Source: an uncultured Actinomycetota bacterium (GTDB lineage Bacteria; Actinomycetota; Actinomycetes; Propionibacteriales; Nocardioidaceae). Taken from it: a stretch of DNA of 64,000 nucleotides. Below, piece by piece: positions 1 through 9,000 of the stretch. The DNA lies in NCBI GenBank assembly GCA_963809015.1, contig CAWEHX010000002.1, positions 14,292-78,291 of the forward strand, given 5' to 3'. Within the stretch, counting starts at the first letter, position 1. Each line of letters begins with the position of its first letter. The position numbers and the translations under genes were made by a program. The notes under the pieces were generated by a model, which ran no database searches, was not told the DNA's origin, and saw nothing but the letters and a program-made list of their open reading frames with translations.

Positions 1-2
1 GC

Positions 3-329
3 CAGCTCGAGGTCTCGGAGTTCTCCCGGCAGATCAAGCTGCTGGCCAAGGAGCTCGAGGTCCCGATCGTCGCACTCTCCCAGCTCAACCGTGGGCCCGA
101 GCAGCGCAGCGACAAGCGCCCGATGATGTCCGACCTGCGCGAATCGGGGTCGCTCGAGCAGGACGCGGACATGGTGATCCTGCTGCACCGCGACGACATG
201 TACGAGAAGGAGTCGACCCGTCCGGGCGAGGCCGACCTGATCGTGGCCAAGCACCGCAACGGCGCCACCCGCGACATCACGGTGGCGTTCCAGGGTCACT
301 ACTCCCGCTTCGTGGATATGGCGCACTGA
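3..329 (+). CDS. dnaB: Replicative DNA helicase DnaB, C-terminal part (5' truncated by window)
   Basis: Frame 3 reads [50 protein letters not shown], the canonical DnaB motifs. Confidence 0.97.
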   Translation, partial: QLEVSEFSRQIKLLAKELEVPIVALSQLNRGPEQRSDKRPMMSDLRESGSLEQDADMVILLHRDDMYEKESTRPGEADLIVAKHRNGATRDITVAFQGHYSRFVDMAH

Positions 330-1746
330 GGACGTACTTCTCCTCCGGACTCAACGGCAGGTGCTGCTCCGTGTAGCCGCCTTCCGGGGACCGGCTGATC
401 ACGCCGGTCTCGTAGCCGTGCGCCAGTCGCGCTGCGTCGGCGCGCTGGAGCGAGTGGCACCAGCGCTTGGTGACGACGTACGCGATGACCGGGCCGAGGA
501 AGATCAGGACGCGGAGGGCGTAGGTGATCTGGTTGATCGACAGGTGCAGCCGGACCGCGATGATGTCGTTGCCGCCAGCCGCCCAGGCGACGGCGTAGAA
601 CGTCATCACCGCCACCATGAACGCCGTACGTCGGGGCGCGTTGCGAGGTCGCTGCAGCAGGTGGTGCTCCCGTTTGTCGCCGGAGATCCGCGCCTCCACG
701 AACGGCATCAGCATCATCACCGTCAGCAGCAGCGGCGGCGCGACCAGGATCGGGATGATGATGTTCCACGACACCGTGTGGCCCCACAGGTGCGTCTCCC
801 AGGCGGGAATGATCCGGAGCAGACCGTCGGGCCAGCCGAGGTACCAGTCGGGCTGTACGCCGGCCGTGATCTTGGTCGGGTCGTAGGGGCCGTACTTCCA
901 CACCGGGTTGATCGCCAGCAGCGCCCCCATCAGTGCGATCACGCCGAACACCAGCATGAAGAAGCCGCCGGCCTTGGCCATGTAGACCGGCAGGAACGGG
1001 TAGCCCACGACGTTGTCGTTGGTGCGGCCAGGCCCGGGCCACTGCGTGTGCTTGTGATAGACGATCAGGATCAGGTGCAGCGCCACCAGGGCGATCAGCA
1101 GCCCCGGCAACAGCAGGACATGCAGGATGAACAACCTCGGGATCGCCGCGTCGCCGGGGAACTCGCCGCCGAACAGGAGCAGCGACAGGTAGGTGCCGAC
1201 CACGGGGGTCGCTTTCAGGAAGCCGTCCGCTGCTCGCAGACCGGTACCGGAGAGCAGGTCGTCGGGCAGCGAGTAGCCGGCGAATCCCTCGATGGTGCCG
1301 AGGAGCAGCATCAGGCAGCCGATGACCCAGTTGACCTCCCGGGGCTTGCGGAAGCTCCCGGTGAACGCGTGCCGCAACAGGTGCAGCAGCATCGCGGCGA
1401 TGAAGATGTGCGCCGCCCAGTGGTGCATCTGCCGCATGAGCAGCCCGCCGCGAACCTCGAACGAGATGTCGACCGTGGAGGCGAAGGCGGCGGACATGTC
1501 CACGCCGCGCAGTGGAGCGTACGAGCCCTCATAGGTCACCACGGCCATGCTCGGGTCGAACCACAGGGTCAGGAACGTCCCCGTCACCAGCAGGACGACA
1601 AAGCTCCACAGCGCGACCTCGCCCAACAGGAAGGACCAGTGGTCGGGGAACACCTTGCGCAACGAGAAGACGTTCCGGTTGATCCTCGCCAGGCCCAGCC
1701 GGTCATCGGCCCACGAAGCCACCACTCCGGCTCTGCGATCGGGCAC
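277..1746 (-). CDS. qcrB: Cytochrome bc1 complex cytochrome b subunit (orphan paralog)
   Basis: [11 protein letters not shown], heme His pairs (MHHWAAH..H; LH..H), QPDWY motif; GTG at 1746 preceded by AGAAGGAG; overlaps dnaB 3' end. Confidence 0.93.
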   Translation of the reverse strand: MPDRRAGVVASWADDRLGLARINRNVFSLRKVFPDHWSFLLGEVALWSFVVLLVTGTFLTLWFDPSMAVVTYEGSYAPLRGVDMSAAFASTVDISFEVRGGLLMRQMHHWAAHIFIAAMLLHLLRHAFTGSFRKPREVNWVIGCLMLLLGTIEGFAGYSLPDDLLSGTGLRAADGFLKATPVVGTYLSLLLFGGEFPGDAAIPRLFILHVLLLPGLLIALVALHLILIVYHKHTQWPGPGRTNDNVVGYPFLPVYMAKAGGFFMLVFGVIALMGALLAINPVWKYGPYDPTKITAGVQPDWYLGWPDGLLRIIPAWETHLWGHTVSWNIIIPILVAPPLLLTVMMLMPFVEARISGDKREHHLLQRPRNAPRRTAFMVAVMTFYAVAWAAGGNDIIAVRLHLSINQITYALRVLIFLGPVIAYVVTKRWCHSLQRADAARLAHGYETGVISRSPEGGYTEQHLPLSPEEKYVLSAPYPRSGSSDPGTPP

Positions 1747-1829
1747 GCGTCCACTCCTTCTGCTGCGTCGTCGGACATACGACGTCGCAGCGTCCGAAAA
1801 TGTGACACCCGGTGGAGCTGAAGATCCAT

Positions 1830-1861
1830 TTGACATTGACGCTGCGTCAACCTTGCACGCT
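1830..1861 (+). promoter_or_regulatory. MerR-type promoter/operator
   Basis: TTGACA (1830-1835), palindrome TTGACGC-T-GCGTCAA (1836-1850), CACGCT (1856-1861) after a 20-nt spacer, ATG 6 nt later. Confidence 0.7.
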
Positions 1862-1867
1862 GCTCGC

Positions 1868-2773
1868 ATGACTCAACACAACGCAGCTATCGAGGTCGCC
1901 GGACTGCGCAAGTCCTACGGCGACCACACCGTTCTCGACGGAATCGACCTGACCGTGCCGGCGGGCACGGTCTACGCCCTGCTGGGGCCGAACGGCGCCG
2001 GCAAGACCACCACGGTCAACATCTGCTCGACCCTGCTCACCGCCGACGAAGGGGACGTCCGGATCGCGGGCTACGACGTACGACGTGAGTCCGACGACGT
2101 CCGTCGGGCGATCGGCGTCACGGGGCAGTTCTCCGCGATCGACGAGCTGCTCACCGGCCGGGAGAACCTGCGGTTGATGGCCGACCTCGGCCATCTCGCT
2201 CGGGCGACGGCCGTGGCTGCGGTCGACGGCCTGCTCGAGCGGCTGGACCTGGTCGACGCTGCCGACCGGCGCGCGCAGACGTACTCGGGCGGCATGAAGC
2301 GGCGGCTCGACCTGGCGATGACGCTCATCACCGGACCGCGGCTGATCTTCCTGGACGAGCCCACGACCGGCCTCGACCCCCGCAGCCGACGCGAGGTGTG
2401 GTCCATCGTGCGCGAGCAGGTGGCCGAAGGGGTGACCGTGCTGCTGACGACCCAGTACCTCGAGGAGGCCGATGCGCTCGCGGACCGCGTCGCGCTGCTC
2501 GACGGCGGCCGACTGGTCGCCGAGGGGACCCCGACCGAGCTCAAGCGGCAGGTGCCCGGAGGTCACGTGCACGTCGTGTTCAACGACGGACGCACCGAAC
2601 GGCTCGCTAGCGACGGCAGTGTCGCCTCGCTGCGACAGATCCTCGACGGCCTGGACGACCGCGAAGTCGCCGGAGTCACCGTCGAGACCGCCGACCTCGA
2701 CGACGTCTTCCTGGCTCTCACCGGCCACGCGTCTACCGAGACCAACGAAGAGCCCGAGGAGGTGCTCGTATGA
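1868..2773 (+). CDS. ABC transporter ATP-binding protein (DrrA-like)
   Basis: GPNGAGKT, YSGGM, DEPTTGLD, TTQYLEEA. Confidence 0.93.
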   Translation: MTQHNAAIEVAGLRKSYGDHTVLDGIDLTVPAGTVYALLGPNGAGKTTTVNICSTLLTADEGDVRIAGYDVRRESDDVRRAIGVTGQFSAIDELLTGRENLRLMADLGHLARATAVAAVDGLLERLDLVDAADRRAQTYSGGMKRRLDLAMTLITGPRLIFLDEPTTGLDPRSRREVWSIVREQVAEGVTVLLTTQYLEEADALADRVALLDGGRLVAEGTPTELKRQVPGGHVHVVFNDGRTERLASDGSVASLRQILDGLDDREVAGVTVETADLDDVFLALTGHASTETNEEPEEVLV

Positions 2774-3564
2774 GCACGACGTACGCCGTCCGCGACTCGG
2801 TCACCATGCTGCGTCGCAATTTGTTGCACTGGAAGCGCTACCCGTCCCTGGCGATCATGCTGATCGCTCAGCCGATCCTGTTCCTGCTGCTGTTCGTCTA
2901 CGTCTTCGGCGGCACCCTGGGTGCCGGGCTCCCCGGAGTTCCGGGTGGCGGCGACCGCACCGACTACCTGGGCTACATCACTCCCGGCATCCTGATCATG
3001 GCCGTGGCGAGCGTGGCGCTCGGCACCGCGATCTCGGTGGCGATGGACATGACCGGAGGGATCATCGCCCGGTTCCGGACCATGGACATCGCCAAGGTCT
3101 CGGTGCTGACCGGCCACGTGCTGGGTGCTGTGATCAAGACCGTGCTGACGACCATTGTCACGCTCCTGGTCGCGGTGCTGTTGGGCTACCGCTCGGACGC
3201 TGGGGTCGGGGACTGGCTGGCCGCCTTCGGAATCATCGTCCTGCTCGCCTTCGCGTTGACCTGGCTCACCGTGGGGATGGGTCTCGCCGCCGACAGCGTC
3301 GAGACCGCGAGCAACACTCCGATGTTCCTGGTGCTGCTGCCGTTCATCAGCAGCGGCTTCGTGCCCACGGACGAGATGCCTTGGGGACTTCGTCAGTTCG
3401 CGGAACACCAGCCGTTCACCCCGATGATCGACACCCTGCGCGCGCTGACCGCCGGCGACTCAGCCGGGTCGGACCTGTGGCTCGCCATCGGCTGGTCCCT
3501 GCTCATCGCGCTGGCCGGCTACCTGTGGTCGCGCCACGTCTACACCAAGGTTCCGGCACGCTGA
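2770..3564 (+). CDS. ABC-2 type permease (DrrB-like)
   Basis: Six TM segments, GIIARFRTM, SSGFVP; ATGA overlap. Confidence 0.92.
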   Translation: MSTTYAVRDSVTMLRRNLLHWKRYPSLAIMLIAQPILFLLLFVYVFGGTLGAGLPGVPGGGDRTDYLGYITPGILIMAVASVALGTAISVAMDMTGGIIARFRTMDIAKVSVLTGHVLGAVIKTVLTTIVTLLVAVLLGYRSDAGVGDWLAAFGIIVLLAFALTWLTVGMGLAADSVETASNTPMFLVLLPFISSGFVPTDEMPWGLRQFAEHQPFTPMIDTLRALTAGDSAGSDLWLAIGWSLLIALAGYLWSRHVYTKVPAR

Positions 3565-3568
3565 TGAC

Positions 3569-4345
3569 ATGTTGACGATCAGTCAGCTGGCGTCGTACGC
3601 CGGCGTCACGGTGCGCGCGGTGCGTCATTACCACGCGAAAGGGCTGCTGCCGGAGCCCGAGCGCGACCACTCGGGCTACCGGCGGTACGACGCCGGGGCA
3701 GTGGTCGAGCTGATCCGGATCCGCACCCTGGCCGATGCCGGCGTGCCGCTGTCGCGGGTGAAGGAGCTGCTCGCGGCAGGGGACGCGGAGTTCGCGGCGG
3801 CGGTCGAGGAGATCGACCGCCGCCTCCGGGCCGAGATCCGGGAGCGGCAGCGGCATCGCGAGCGGATCGCACAGCTCGCGGCCGGCGAGAGTCTGGCCCT
3901 TCCACCGGAAGCCGTCGCCTACCTCGAGCGTCTGCGTGAGCTCGGGATTCCGGAGCGGATGATCGAAGGCGAGCGGGACGCCTGGATCCTGGTCGCAGCG
4001 CAGCTGCCGGACCGGATGGAGACCTACATCCGGAACAAGCGCGAGCAGCTCGACGACCCTTCCGTGGTCGACTTCTACCGGGACCTGGACGACATGATCG
4101 ACTGGGCACCCGGAGATGCCCGGCTCCCGGCGCTCGCTGATCGCCTGGTTGCGCAGCTGGAGGCCGTGGACGAGGCGGAGTGGGAGGCGTTCGCCGCCGA
4201 AGAAGGAATGTCCGATGACCTGGTGGACCTGCTCGACTCGATGTTCCTCGGTCAGGTGCCGGTCGCGCGCGAGCTGATGCGCCTGGTCGAGGAACGGGGC
4301 TGGACCGGGTGGACCCGCCTCGAAAGGGTGCCCGAGATCCGTTGA
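3569..4345 (+). CDS. MerR family transcriptional regulator
   Basis: LTISQLA..GVTVRAVRHYH..GLLPEPERDHSGYRRY. Confidence 0.93.
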   Translation: MLTISQLASYAGVTVRAVRHYHAKGLLPEPERDHSGYRRYDAGAVVELIRIRTLADAGVPLSRVKELLAAGDAEFAAAVEEIDRRLRAEIRERQRHRERIAQLAAGESLALPPEAVAYLERLRELGIPERMIEGERDAWILVAAQLPDRMETYIRNKREQLDDPSVVDFYRDLDDMIDWAPGDARLPALADRLVAQLEAVDEAEWEAFAAEEGMSDDLVDLLDSMFLGQVPVARELMRLVEERGWTGWTRLERVPEIR

Positions 4346-4371
4346 CCGACCGGTCGGTCAATACCTATGCT
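4342..4371 (+). promoter_or_regulatory. TetR operator and promoter
   Basis: Perfect 20-bp palindrome TTGACCGACCGGTCGGTCAA (4342-4361); -35 TTGACC, -10 TATGCT, GTG 6 nt later. Confidence 0.7.
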
Positions 4372-4377
4372 TGCGGT

Positions 4378-4926
4378 GTGCCGACGACCACCAGGGCAGA
4401 CACCGCCGCTCGCACCCGCGGTGCGCTGGTCGATGCCGGGCTCCGCCTCGCCGAAGCCGGTGGGCTCACCGGCCTGAGCGCCAACCGGGTCGTGGCCGAG
4501 GCAGGCGTCGCGAAGGGCACGTTCTTCCACCACTTCGGCGACCGGGCGGCGTACCTCGTCGAGCTGCACCGCACGTTCCACGACCGGATCGCCGAGCACG
4601 TCCGCTCGAACGCGGTCGACCTGCCGCGCGGCCGGGCGCGACTGCTCGCTGCCACCACGACCTACCTCGACGCCTGCCTGCGCCAGCGGGGTGTCCGGGC
4701 GCTGCTCTTCGAGGCCCGCAGCGAGGCGGCGGTGCTCACCGAGATCGGCCGCCGCGACGAGATCAGCGCAGCGTTCCTGGTCAACGACTTCCGCGCGATG
4801 GACCGCCCGCAGCCGCAGGAGTGCGCGCGACTCTGGGTGGGCATGACCCGCGAGGCGGCGGTGATCGAGTTCGACGCCGGCGGTGCGGTGCCCGCCGTCA
4901 GGCAGGCACTGGAGGAGTTCGCCTAG
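4378..4926 (+). CDS. TetR/AcrR family regulator
   Basis: N-terminal HTH AEAGVAKGTFFHHFGDR. Confidence 0.88.
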   Translation: MPTTTRADTAARTRGALVDAGLRLAEAGGLTGLSANRVVAEAGVAKGTFFHHFGDRAAYLVELHRTFHDRIAEHVRSNAVDLPRGRARLLAATTTYLDACLRQRGVRALLFEARSEAAVLTEIGRRDEISAAFLVNDFRAMDRPQPQECARLWVGMTREAAVIEFDAGGAVPAVRQALEEFA

Positions 4927-4960
4927 GGCGCACCGCCGACGCGGGCTCTAGCCTGTGGCC

Positions 4961-6283
4961 ATGTCGGAACTTCCCCAGGAACGTCGCCTCGTCACCGAGA
5001 TCCCCGGCCCCCGCTCGCTCGAGCTGCAGGCCCGCAAGGCCGCCGCTGTCTCCAGCGCCGTGGGCACGGTCATGCCCGTCTATGCCCAGGCCGCCGGGGG
5101 AGGCGTGGTCGTCGACGTCGACGGCAACTCCCTGATCGACCTCGGCTCGGGCATCGCCGTCACGACCGTCGGCAACAGCAACCCCCGGGTGGTCGAGGCG
5201 GTGACGGCGCAGGTCCAGGCCTTCACGCACACCTGCTTCATGGTGACGCCGTACGACGGCTACGTGCAGGTCGCCGAGGCGCTCAACCGGCTCACGCCCG
5301 GCACCCACGACAAGCGCACGGCGTTGTTCAACTCCGGCGCCGAGGCCGTCGAGAACGCGGTGAAGATCGCCCGCCACCACACCAAGCGGCAGGCCGTCGT
5401 GGCGTTCGACCACGCCTACCACGGGCGAACCAACCTCACGATGGCGATGACCGCGAAGAACATGCCCTACAAGCATGGGTTCGGACCGTTCGCGGCCGAG
5501 GTCTACCGCGCCCCGATGTCCTACCCGTTCCGCGATGCCGGCGTCGACGGTCCGGCCGCGGCCCGACGCGCGATCGAGGTGATCGAGAAGCAGGTCGGCG
5601 CCGAGAACCTGGCAGCCGTGGTGATCGAGCCGATCCAGGGGGAGGGCGGCTTCGTCGTGCCGGCCCCGGGCTTCCTGCCGGCGCTCGTCGAGTGGTGCTC
5701 GGCCAACGGCGTCGTCTTCATCGCGGACGAGGTGCAGACCGGCTTCGCCCGGACCGGAGACCTTTTCGCCTGCGAGCACGAGGACGTGGTGCCCGACCTG
5801 ATCGTCACCGCCAAGGGCATCGCCGGCGGGCTGCCGCTCGCGGCGGTCACGGGCCGGGCCGACATGATGGACGCACCGCACACCGGCGGCCTCGGTGGCA
5901 CGTATGGCGGCAACCCGATCGCCTGCGCCGCCGCCCTCGCCGTCATCGAGACGATCGAGGCCGACGGCCTGGTCGACCGGGCCGCGTCGATCGGCAAGAC
6001 CATGCTCGACCGGTTGGGCGCGCTCCAGCAGCGCGACCCGCGCATCGGCGACGTCCGCGGTCGCGGCGCCATGGTGGCCGTCGAGCTGGTGCAGCCCGGG
6101 ACCACCGAGCCGGATGCCGCGCTGACCGCGAAGGTCGCGGTCGCGGCCCACCAGCAAGGCCTGGTGGTGCTCACCTGCGGGACGTTCGGCAACGTGCTCC
6201 GCTTCCTGCCGCCGCTGAGCATCCCCGACCACCTGCTCGACGAGGCCCTCGGCGTCCTGGACGAGATCTTCGAAGGGGCCTGA
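4961..6283 (+). CDS. gabT: 4-aminobutyrate--2-oxoglutarate transaminase
   Basis: Class III aminotransferase: NSGAEAVENA, YHGRT, EPIQGEGG, DEVQTGFAR, TAKGIAGG. Confidence 0.9.
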   Translation: MSELPQERRLVTEIPGPRSLELQARKAAAVSSAVGTVMPVYAQAAGGGVVVDVDGNSLIDLGSGIAVTTVGNSNPRVVEAVTAQVQAFTHTCFMVTPYDGYVQVAEALNRLTPGTHDKRTALFNSGAEAVENAVKIARHHTKRQAVVAFDHAYHGRTNLTMAMTAKNMPYKHGFGPFAAEVYRAPMSYPFRDAGVDGPAAARRAIEVIEKQVGAENLAAVVIEPIQGEGGFVVPAPGFLPALVEWCSANGVVFIADEVQTGFARTGDLFACEHEDVVPDLIVTAKGIAGGLPLAAVTGRADMMDAPHTGGLGGTYGGNPIACAAALAVIETIEADGLVDRAASIGKTMLDRLGALQQRDPRIGDVRGRGAMVAVELVQPGTTEPDAALTAKVAVAAHQQGLVVLTCGTFGNVLRFLPPLSIPDHLLDEALGVLDEIFEGA

Positions 6284-6295
6284 TCGCAGCCGCGG

Positions 6296-7030
6296 TCAGC
6301 GGTCGAGCTCGAGGATGCCGAGGGGCAGGTCGCCCAACCGGTGCAGACCCGGCACCGAAGCCGGGCTCGCCCAGACGGCTGCGACGTCGAGCTCCTCGAC
6401 CAGGTCACCGCACACGTGTCGCCCGCTGTTGCTGGCGAGGATCCGGCCGTGCGCGTTGAGCACTACGAGGCGGCTGTCCGCCTGGCGCAGGGCCGGGAGC
6501 ACCCACTCCTCCGCGGCCTGGACCCGTACGTCGGCACCCGCGACGCCGACGAACTCACCGTTCACAGCCAGCGGCCGGGTGAACGTCAGGGTGTAGTCCT
6601 CGGTGCAGAGGTAGTCGACGTACGGGCCGGTGACGTGGCGATGTCCCGTGTCCCGCGGGACGACGTACCACGGCAGGTTCTCGTAGTCGTAGAAGCCACC
6701 GCCGTTGGGATCGGTCTCGACGAGCAGCTGTTGCACCTTGCCTTCACCGCGGGCGAACCACTCCAACCACCACGGCACGTCCTCGAAGAGCCCGACCGCG
6801 GCCACGAACCCGGCGCCCTGGACGAGGCCGTCGGATCGCTCCACGAGGCGGATGGTGAGGTCGTCGATGCCCGCGAGCTCTGAGCGCTGCGGCCGATCGG
6901 CCAGCTCGAGCTGGCGCAGCGTGGACTCGGCGATCGCGTCGACCACGTCGAATGCGCGGCTGGTGAGATCGTCGAGCGCGGCGAGTGTCGCCGACACTTC
7001 GGCGGACACTGCGACCGTGGGTGGTGTCAT
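6296..7030 (-). CDS. Soluble Cache/PDC sensor-domain protein with no TM segment or output domain
   Basis: dCache-like YDY..LPWY..GPYVD..TFTRP..GEFVGVAGAD; no hydrophobic segment. Confidence 0.75.
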   Translation of the reverse strand: MTPPTVAVSAEVSATLAALDDLTSRAFDVVDAIAESTLRQLELADRPQRSELAGIDDLTIRLVERSDGLVQGAGFVAAVGLFEDVPWWLEWFARGEGKVQQLLVETDPNGGGFYDYENLPWYVVPRDTGHRHVTGPYVDYLCTEDYTLTFTRPLAVNGEFVGVAGADVRVQAAEEWVLPALRQADSRLVVLNAHGRILASNSGRHVCGDLVEELDVAAVWASPASVPGLHRLGDLPLGILELDR

Positions 7031-7773
7031 CGGAGCTCCTGACCGAGCCGGTAGTCGATGAGCCGGGCCGTCGAGTCGGCGACCCGTTGTTCAGCAGTCT
7101 CGCGTGCGGCGAGCCCGTCGCGCGCCTCGATGGCATCCACGACGGCGTTGCACGTGGCGACCATCTGAGCGTGGCTGTCGTCGTCGCCGAAGGCGAGCCA
7201 CAGCAGGGTGCCGAACTCGGCTTGCAGCCCGACTTCCTCATGGTAGAGCCGGGTCGACTGGGCCGCGACGGTCACTTCGATGTGGAAGTGCGCATCGGCC
7301 CGGCGGCGGGCGTCCGGCTCCTTCGCATCAGCGAGCTGGACCGCCATCCGGCGCAGCTGGGCGACGTCCTCGGCGCTGGCCCGACGAGCCGCGAGGGCGG
7401 CACTGGCTCCGGCGATAGCGGCGTACACGTCGCCGAGGTCGCGCAGCTCGACCAGGCTGAAGTCTTTCAGCCGGCGGCGGGCCAGGTCGGAGATCCCGTC
7501 GTGCGGCGCGCGCACGAAGCTGCCGCCGCCGCGACCACGCTTGGTCTCGATCAGGCCTTCCTGGCGGAGCGCGCTGAGCGCCTCACGGATCGTGACCGTC
7601 GAGACTCCGAACTGGTGCGCGAGTACCGCCTCCCCCGGAAGCTGCCTGGTGTCGGGCAGCAAGCCGAGCGCGATGGCATCCGTGAGCCGGCGTGCGATCA
7701 GTTCCGAACGGCTCGAGCTCTCCAGCGGCGCGAACACCGCCGCGGTCGCCCGGCCGTAGAACTGGATAGCCAC
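7027..7773 (-). CDS. GntR/FadR family regulator with FCD domain
   Basis: LPGEAVLAHQFGVSTVTIREAL..GRGGGSFV; DAHFH. Confidence 0.92.
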   Translation of the reverse strand: MAIQFYGRATAAVFAPLESSSRSELIARRLTDAIALGLLPDTRQLPGEAVLAHQFGVSTVTIREALSALRQEGLIETKRGRGGGSFVRAPHDGISDLARRRLKDFSLVELRDLGDVYAAIAGASAALAARRASAEDVAQLRRMAVQLADAKEPDARRRADAHFHIEVTVAAQSTRLYHEEVGLQAEFGTLLWLAFGDDDSHAQMVATCNAVVDAIEARDGLAARETAEQRVADSTARLIDYRLGQELR

Positions 7774-7800
7774 TCAGAAAGTGTGCCTCACCTCTTGCGC

Positions 7801-7819
7801 TATGAAAACTGGTTTCATA
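7801..7819. promoter_or_regulatory. Putative GntR operator
   Basis: AT-rich palindrome TATGAAA-N5-TTTCATA in the divergent gntR/ABC spacer. Confidence 0.6.
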
Positions 7820-7859
7820 TGTTTTGTCAGCCTGACCGCGACAACTCGAGGGGCAGACC

Positions 7860-8957
7860 ATGGCGAGCGGTGAACCACCCGACCAGAAGGTCGTCGACGG
7901 TCCGGTCGCCTCGAAGACCGAGGACGCGCCGGCCATCTCCTTGCGCGGGCTGCGCAAGGAGTTCGGCAGCGTGACGGCGGTCGACGGGATCGACCTCGAG
8001 ATCGCCAACGGGGAGTTCTTCTCGATGCTGGGGCCGTCCGGCTCCGGCAAGACCACGGTGTTGCGGATGGTGGCCGGCTTCGAGGCACCCACGGAGGGGT
8101 CGGTGTTCCTCGGAGGCGAGGACGTCACCCGGGTGCCGCCGTTCTCCCGGGACGTCAACACCGTGTTCCAGGACTACGCGCTGTTCCCGCACATGACCGT
8201 GCGTCAGAACGTGGAGTACGGCCTGCGGGTCAAGCGGGTCGCCAAGGCCCAGCGCCGAAACCGGGCTCAAGAGGCCCTCGAGAGCGTCCGGCTGGCCGAC
8301 TACGGCGACCGTCGGCCCAGCCAGCTCTCCGGTGGCCAGCGGCAGCGGGTCGCTCTGGCCCGGGCACTGGTCAACAGACCACGCGTGCTGCTGCTCGACG
8401 AGCCGCTCGGCGCGCTGGACCTCAAGCTGCGGCGTGAGATGCAAGTAGAGCTCAAGGAGCTGCAACGCGAGATCGGCATCACCTTTCTGTTCGTCACCCA
8501 CGACCAGGAAGAGGCGCTCACCATGAGCGACCGGATCGCCGTGTTCAACGAGGGCCGGATCGAACAGGTCGCCCACCCGCGCGACCTCTACGAGCAGCCC
8601 ACGACACCGTTCGTAGCCGGCTTCGTCGGCACGTCGAACGTGATCGAAGGGGAGCTCGCCGAGCGACTGCTCGACGAGCCCGGCACCTACAACATCCGAC
8701 CCGAGAAGATCCATCTCCATCTCGACCCGGCATCCATCCCGCAGTCACACACGGTCACCACCGTCGGTGTGGTGCGGGAGGTCGTCTACCTCGGCTCTGC
8801 GACCCAGAGCATCGTCGACCTCGACGACGGCGGATCGCTGATCGTCGTACGACAGAACCAGCAGGATCCAGCCGAGGGCGACGTTGCCCGCCGCGAAGCG
8901 CGCGTGCACCTGAGCTGGTTGCGCGAGCACGCGGTGCACATCGCCGCCTCCGACTGA
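7860..8957 (+). CDS. Polyamine ABC transporter ATP-binding protein (PotA/YdcT-like)
   Basis: GPSGSGKT, VFQDYALFPH, LSGGQRQR, TOBE-like C-terminus. Confidence 0.92.
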   Translation: MASGEPPDQKVVDGPVASKTEDAPAISLRGLRKEFGSVTAVDGIDLEIANGEFFSMLGPSGSGKTTVLRMVAGFEAPTEGSVFLGGEDVTRVPPFSRDVNTVFQDYALFPHMTVRQNVEYGLRVKRVAKAQRRNRAQEALESVRLADYGDRRPSQLSGGQRQRVALARALVNRPRVLLLDEPLGALDLKLRREMQVELKELQREIGITFLFVTHDQEEALTMSDRIAVFNEGRIEQVAHPRDLYEQPTTPFVAGFVGTSNVIEGELAERLLDEPGTYNIRPEKIHLHLDPASIPQSHTVTTVGVVREVVYLGSATQSIVDLDDGGSLIVVRQNQQDPAEGDVARREARVHLSWLREHAVHIAASD

Positions 8958-9000
8958 CTCCTTCAATCCCTCCCTCAACACCTCACAGCAAGGAACCGTC

